Below are positions 56,960 to 64,000 of a stretch of 64,000 nucleotides of DNA, piece after piece (within the stretch, counting starts at the first letter, position 1; the number at the start of each line of letters is the position of its first letter). A model generated the notes under the pieces. It did no database searches and had not been told where the DNA came from. It worked only from the letters and a program-made list of their open reading frames with translations. Source of the stretch: Eledone cirrhosa. Lineage: Eukaryota. Made by a program: the position numbers and the translations under genes. Location: assembly GCA_964016885.1 (NCBI GenBank), contig CAXHJY010000690.1:29863-93862 (forward strand). The letters are read 5' to 3'.

Positions 56960-57420
56960 TTTGTGGCAAATGAAAATCTTTTCCTATTATTGTTGTTACT
57001 ATGGCGAAAGTGATTTTGTAGTGGATGCAACTGAAAGGATTGAAGACAGACATTTTCCTCTTTGGTCAGTTCACCATTAACTTTTTCAAATTTCATTTGC
57101 TGAATAAAATCTGGATGGAAAGGGAAGTGCTGCCTTCCAGCCATTTTATTGAAAGGTTGGCGATAGTGCCAAACATGGTCCAAGTGAATGAGCCTGTCCT
57201 GAGTATATGCCTATAAATAGGAGCAGGAAAACTGGGATTTTTCCAAAGGTGGCCCTCAGAAATTTCCTCTCTATTAAGGAATTTTCTTTGTTATAATTTT
57301 ATTACCTTTCTCGTTTTCATTATCACCCCCCGTTTAGTTGCACCCCCCCCCCCTCCTCTCCATACAGTTTTGTTCTGTGCCATCCTTGATGTGATGCTTT
57401 TGTAGGCCCTTGTGGCTTAT
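56960..57420 (+). mobile_element. 3' fragment of a Tx1 element related to 28847-34510
   Basis: ORF 57025-57216 LKGLKTDIFLFGQFTINFFKFHL..KIWMEREVL...FIER..IV..M..VNEP.LSICL aligns with the Tx1 ORF2 C-terminus LKGLRSGNFLSGHSLLYFFRYHF..RIRMEREVL...FYER..IV..M..VNGP.LYTIL; (TAT)n tail. Confidence 0.85.
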
Positions 57421-57439
57421 TATTATTTGGGCGGTCAAT

Positions 57440-57745
57440 TGGAAGAATCGTTAGAGTATCAGACCAAATGCTTAGAAGCATTTGGTTTCAACCCTTTATG
57501 ACATCAAATCCTGCTGAGGTCAGCTTTGGCTTTCATCGTTCAAGAGTAGATAAAATAAGGTACCAGTCATTGACTGGGGTTGATGTTATTTACTTTCTCC
57601 TCTCTGCAAATTGTTGGCCTTGTACCTAAATTAGAAATAGTTTCTACTTTTGGCACTAGGCCAGCAATTATCCCAGTACATTACTGGTACTTTATTCTAT
57701 CAACAACCCCCGTAAGGATGAAAGGCAAAGTTAACCCTGGCGGGA
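57440..57745. mobile_element. Tail-to-tail pair of SINE copies (+ 57440-57640; - 57641-57745)
   Basis: Same core motif in both orientations, meeting at TAGAAATAGTTTCTA. Confidence 0.75.
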
Positions 57746-57819
57746 TAAATTGGATATAATTATTATTATTGGTCAATATAGAAATCATTCTAATTATCTG
57801 TTAATTGTTCTGTCTGCAG

Positions 57820-58033
57820 GAAACAAGTTCAAGCAACAATAGCCGATGCGGAGAAGGATGGTGTGACGGTGCCGACCACCCTCCAGGAGTACTGCGTAAG
57901 CGGCCGTCCCAAACAGACTGAGAGCCACACCGACTTAGACTATTATGATGACGACGTCTTTCTCGACGATGATGATGATGACCATGCTGACGGTGACGAT
58001 GAGGATTGTTGTTCGGGGCAGGAGGACTCTTGA
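57820..58033 (+). CDS. CDC34: CDC34/UBE2R terminal coding exon (KQVQATIADAEKDGVTVPTTLQEYCVSGRPKQTESHTDLDYYDDDVFLDDDDDDHADGDDEDCCSGQEDS*), acidic tail
   Basis: ctgcag acceptor; AExDGVxVPTTLxEYC motif and Asp-rich tail characteristic of Cdc34; stop TGA followed immediately by TAA TGA. Confidence 0.95.
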
Positions 58034-58153
58034 TAATGACCTGAAATGTGATAGAATTTTACTGAGGTGGGAGGGAAGGGGTGGAGAAAGAGGTTGTTTG
58101 ACGTTATGGGAGGGGGTGTTGGGTGGTGTTAGGAGTGAGAAACGTAGTGTAAA

Positions 58154-58189
<36 letters not shown>

Positions 58190-58239
58190 GTTGCTTCATT
58201 GTATGAACAGAAGAAATAAAATATAATACATGAGTAGTG

Positions 58240-58270
<31 letters not shown>

Positions 58271-58289
58271 CATACATAATACATACACA

Positions 58290-58737
58290 CTTTGTTACAA
58301 CTGGGAAGCTTCATCAGTGACTATATATGTAAGTATATGTATAAATATATATATTCACATACATACATATATATATATATATAGCTAGCTATCTATATAT
58401 ATATATATGTATATATTTCCTGAATGTATGGTTGTAATTATTAAAGAAAGAGTCCTCAATATGTAATCATAGAGGTAAATATACTATCCTATATAAAATA
58501 GATGGCAAACTGGCGTGTACACGGAGTTGCCTGAAGTTAAAGTAAAAACAACTTCAGGAAACTCCGAGGACCTTAGAAGGTATACGTTGGTTTGCCATGT
58601 ATTTTCTATAATATAGTGCGTTTGCATATATATATATATATATATATAAATATATGTAGTCAGTTTGAAAACTGCATTTGAGAAGGAAACTCTCTAGGCC
58701 ATAGAGTCACTGATGTAGCTTCATGGCTATAATAAAG
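58290..58737 (+). other. Extended imperfect inverted repeat downstream of the CDC34 stop (putative 3'UTR RNA stem-loop)
   Basis: Nested arms 58305-58322/58705-58722, 58475-58520/58580-58625 and 58522-58538/58550-58566, paired by eye. Confidence 0.7.
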
Positions 58738-58739
58738 CT

Positions 58740-58811
<72 letters not shown>

Positions 58812-59504
58812 CCCAGTGCATGATTGGTTGGTTGGGTATATATTGAAGAGAGTGATGTGTGGGATGAGAGAGAGTGTGTGAGAAAGAAAGAGATAGAGAT
58901 AGAGAGAGAGAGAGAGATAAGAGGTGGAGTGATGAAATTTTTAAACAACTCTAAAAAAAGAGTGATGGGTTCAGCTAAAGAAAGGATTTTTTTTTGTGTT
59001 GGTGGGAGGGAGGGTGGGGGAGATTTGGATGGGAGAGGAAGGGAGGAGGGAAAGATAAACCAAACCAACCCAAACAAAACATACACACACACAAAAAAAC
59101 AAAAAAAAAAACATCCCAAAAAGAAACAGTTATAATAACAGCAACACATTTTTTCGTTGATGGGGGTGAGTGGGAGTAAAGTGACAGAAGAGTTGGAGGA
59201 AGGGAAAGAATAATAGCAAAACTGGAAAAAAATAAAAAAAATAAAAAATACTACAAAAAAACTACATAAAAGTTCAATAAATATGGAGGAGAATAAAAGA
59301 CAAAAAAAAATTCCTTTTTCCTTTCTTGTTCCCCCCCCCCCCCCATCTTTTTGTATTTTCGTGGTTCCTACCTCTCTGTGTATGTGGGATAAAATAGTTT
59401 TTTGCTTCACTACTACTAAATACAGCATTTTATTTTATCCACCACTACCAATTCTGTTATTTCACTATCCTAAAAATAATAATATTACTTTATTTTATTG
59501 AGCC

Positions 59505-59812
59505 AATAGGGATGTAAGGTAAAGCTCATCTCGGTGGGTTTTGAACTCAGAACATAAAGGGCTGTAACTATATGCCATAATGCATGATGTTTGATGCTCT
59601 GCCCTTAATGATAATAATGATTTCTACTATAGACACAAGGCAAACAATTTTTGGGGAGGGGAAAGTCGATTAAATCAACCCAGCGTATTACTGGTACTTT
59701 ATTTTATCGACCCAGTAAGGATGAAAGGCAAAGTTCATCTCGGTGGGATTTGAACTTAGAACGTAAAGAGCTGTAACTATATGATGCAAAGCATGGTGTC
59801 TGATGCTCTGCC
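59505..59812 (-). mobile_element. Two tandem SINE copies (same family)
   Basis: GGATGAAAGGCAAAG...GGGATTTGAAC.(C/T)AGAAC motifs repeated. Confidence 0.8.
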
Positions 59813-60269
59813 ATTATAAAGATGGTGACATGGAAAACCACAATAATGTAGTTGGAAACTAAAACCAAAACTTTATTACCTTATATTTAATTTATTTCTA
59901 ACAACATTGCTGTGGTGGCTTTCTGAATAGACTCTCCTTCATTTTTAATACCATGTAATTTAGTGTTTATGTTTACAAGCTTTTATATTAGAATACCAAA
60001 GTAACGTACCAATTCGATAAGATATAGATCAGTATTATATATATATATATAATTATAAAGAGCTCAGCTGTCAAGTCCCAACTCTTTATAATATAGCCAT
60101 ACCTCAAGTATTGAGTACTCTGTTGAGTAATGGTATAACTAGTTTTAAATTGGTTCTATCCTGATTTATATATGCAGTATGTAAATGTGTGTGTTTTCTC
60201 TCAACCCTTCAACATAAAAGTAACAAATACGACAAACCCAAATCAACCAAGACCCACGATACAAAACTT

Positions 60270-60450
60270 CATAATTACGCCTATTTTTCCACTCTTGCAT
60301 GTTTTGGACGGGTCCTTTTCAGCACAGCATCTCTCCAATCACCACATTCAATGTCGCCATCTCTGTGAGTCTGGGCGATTTGAAGTCAGCTCTCACTATC
60401 ACCACCCAGGTTTTTCTTGGTCTATGTCTACTGTAGTTTCCATTCACTGG
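60270..60450 (-). mobile_element. Degenerate RTE 3' fragment
   Basis: RPRKTWVVIVRADFK..RLTEMA motif and RTE 3' terminus. Confidence 0.7.
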
Positions 60451-60701
60451 CACAATGTGGCCTAGGGGCAAGGGTGTTGGACTCACGATCAAAATGTTGT
60501 GTTCTTGAGCAAAAGACCTCATTTCCCATGCTCCAGTCTACTCAGCTGAAAACGAGTACCAGCAATAGCTGGGTGTTTAAACTGCGATGAACTGGCATCC
60601 TGTACTCTTAGTCGCCCAATACCAGGGAAACTGGGATGAGCACCGGGTTTGAGACAGATTTCTCTCATTCTCCCTATATATATATATATATATATATATA
60701 G

Positions 60702-60826
60702 TGAAGGCGTGTGGCTGAGTGGTTAGAGAATTGGATTCACAATCGTAAGGTTGTGAGTTCGATTCCTGGACCAGACCAGGCGATGCGTTATGTCCTTGAG
60801 CAAGACACTTTATTTCACGTTGCTCC
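60702..60826 (+). mobile_element. tRNA-derived SINE head (related copy at 15567-15680)
   Basis: A box TGGCTGAGTGGTT, B box GAGTTCGATTCC, followed by the TGTCCTTGAGCAAGACACTT core; no tRNA cloverleaf. Confidence 0.8.
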
Positions 60827-60945
60827 TTCTACCTGGAGTTGCGACCGATAGATAGTATTAGCAATTGGAAAGACCAACGGAAACATTGTTCCCTCGGTCC
60901 GATTTGACGAAAGTCGATCGTTCCTATATAAAATTTAATATAGAA

Positions 60946-61041
60946 ATGGCTTCTACAGAACTAGAACTGTTTCATTCGAAAGAAATCAGGAAAGCCAACA
61001 CTCATTGGGATATGAAATAGTTCTAGTCCTGTAGAAGCAAT
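60946..61041. repeat. Short fold-back element with 30-bp arms; another arm copy at 19-52
   Basis: ATGGCTTCTACAGAACTAGAACTGTTTCAT vs ATGAAATAGTTCTAGTCCTGTAGAAGCAAT (3 mismatches); the window start carries ATGAAATAGTGCTAGTCCTGTAGAAGTCATTTC. Confidence 0.7.
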
Positions 61042-61806
61042 TATATATGTGTGTGTGTATATATATATATATACATACACACACACACATGTATATATAC
61101 ATACACACACACACACATGCGCAGAAACCGATATAAGGTACACTTGTTCTCTATAAGACGCATAATCCTGTTTGTGTGTATAAAACTGTCGCATTGTATG
61201 TGTGTGTGTGTGTGTGTGTATGCAAGCAATTTTGCTGCAATCACTACAGATTTTAAGCTGGTTGAAACCAAGTAACCGAGGCTTGTGGTCGCAGCATGGC
61301 CGAATGGTTAAGGTTACTTCCTATCACAATTATGTCAATTGGTTCAATATCACTGCGTAGTATCTTGGACATGTCTCATTTACGATGTCTTCCGGTGTTT
61401 GTGAGAGAAATGGGGGTAGACAGAAATTGTTTGGAAGCTAGTCGGATGGACTGTACCTGTAATTCAAAGTGTTAGCCTTGATAAGTATGTTAATGTGTCT
61501 GTAGAATGCTCAGGCACCCCCACTTAAATCTTAATTTCAGAAGCAAGCTGTTCTTTCTGTTGCTCGAACAACTAGAATACTCATCATCGAAACCGACGGA
61601 GGTCCATTCAAAGAGCTACACACACACAGATACGTGTCCTGCACCACTCTACTTGACCTGACCTGCCAGCAACAAGGTAAATCAGCAGAAACTACGGCAG
61701 GGCTGCATGACACAGAAAAGATGTGGCCTTGAATGTTTACGTCGTAAAAAGCAGAAATATTTCAGGGGAGATAACTCGTATTAATAAAACGATCTGTTTT
61801 TTTGAA

Positions 61807-61868
61807 ATATAAACATTGAAAGTTATATAATATAATATATTATATTATATAACTTTCAATATTTATAT
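61807..61868. repeat. 62-bp AT-rich palindrome
   Basis: Perfect over 61815-61860, one mismatch beyond. Confidence 0.85.
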
Positions 61869-62109
61869 ATAATAAAAGACCGATAAGTTTCAAAGGTAAA
61901 TGATGAGAAATAAAACAAAACAAAAAGTAATGTTTTACCCTATATATTTCAAAGGTGGGTCTGAAACTGTTCAAAAGAAAACGAACGATCGATGTGTTCT
62001 TCCTTAACTGTCTCAGATACGTATGCATGAAGACATGCATTGCCAATCTATTATTTATCTGTGTTTTTGTTGTTGTTTTTTCGGTTCATGGTAATGGCGT
62101 CTTTGATTC

Positions 62110-62288
62110 TTAACCCTTTATCATTCACATTACTCTATATATATATTATATGTTCATGGTAAAGGCTTTACCTCGCATAATTATCTCACATAATATCGAA
62201 TCTATGAGATTTTGAGAACAATACTTTAACATTAGTTTCAACAGAAAGAGATAGAGAATTTTGGCCGGTTTGAACATTAAAGGGTTAA
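62110..62288. mobile_element. piggyBac-type MITE, family A (internally shortened)
   Basis: TTAA-CCCTTTA ... TAAAGGG-TTAA; shared internal sequence. Confidence 0.8.
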
Positions 62289-62566
62289 ATTGTCTATATT
62301 CCTTTCCGTCGTCTCTATGCTGACCTTAAAGTCGTCGTTGCAGCGTGTCGAGGTGTTTTTTTATTTTATAACCAGAAGACGTTCTCGCTGATCTGTATGT
62401 GCGGCATCCGGTCGGTACTTCCGATGTACGAGGAGCTATATACGATACGGACACACACACACAGCCAGCAGACAAAGGAAGAGGGGGACCTCTCCCTTGT
62501 TTGTGCTTTCCTTTCATTTCTAAATACACTTTATCAGTAACCACAGCACCTAGTTTTTTCAAAATT

Positions 62567-64000
<1,434 letters not shown>

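Noticed and set aside
58031-58039. Stop-codon readthrough or Sec at the CDC34 TGA, aided by the downstream hairpin
   Set aside because: TGA is followed immediately by TAA and TGA, and the protein already ends at the expected position.
57945-58190. 81-aa ORF MMTTSFSTMMMM…
   Set aside because: Out-of-frame reading of the Asp-rich CDC34 tail.
58727-59501. Overlapping ORFs up to 233 aa
   Set aside because: Low-complexity GA/TG/A-rich sequence downstream of the gene; compositional artefacts.
60702-60775. tRNA gene
   Set aside because: A and B boxes are present but there is no acceptor stem/cloverleaf, and it runs into a SINE core.

Overview
Eukaryotic (animal) genomic DNA: AT-rich and full of (TA)n/(CA)n/(TGA)n microsatellites, SINEs and LINEs. 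The repeat repertoire suggests an octopus/cephalopod (inference). The only host gene is a CDC34/UBE2R-type ubiquitin-conjugating E2 on the + strand, with four coding exons (51585-51671, 55140-55237, 56430-56564, 57820-58033) that splice in frame. Its first coding exon was not found, so positions 1-51584 are probably one very large intron. That intron holds a ~20 kb retroelement nest (17.2-36.9 kb): several RTE LINEs, a full-length Tx1/L1-type LINE inserted into an RTE with a 17-bp TSD, a Penelope-like (GIY-YIG) element with a minimal hammerhead ribozyme beside a 4-kb (TA)n tract, and a small non-coding, terminally repeated element with a second, degenerate hammerhead (retrozyme-like). Also present are an internally deleted hAT transposon with TIRs and an 8-bp TSD, TTAA/piggyBac-type MITEs and an R4/Dong relic. 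The most intriguing non-TE signal is a long fold-back just downstream of the CDC34 stop codon whose deviations are mostly G-U wobbles on the sense strand, suggesting a structure maintained at the RNA level. Most ORFs in the supplied track are microsatellite or antisense artefacts. No searches or folding programs were run, and repeat boundaries are approximate unless a TSD or TIR is cited.
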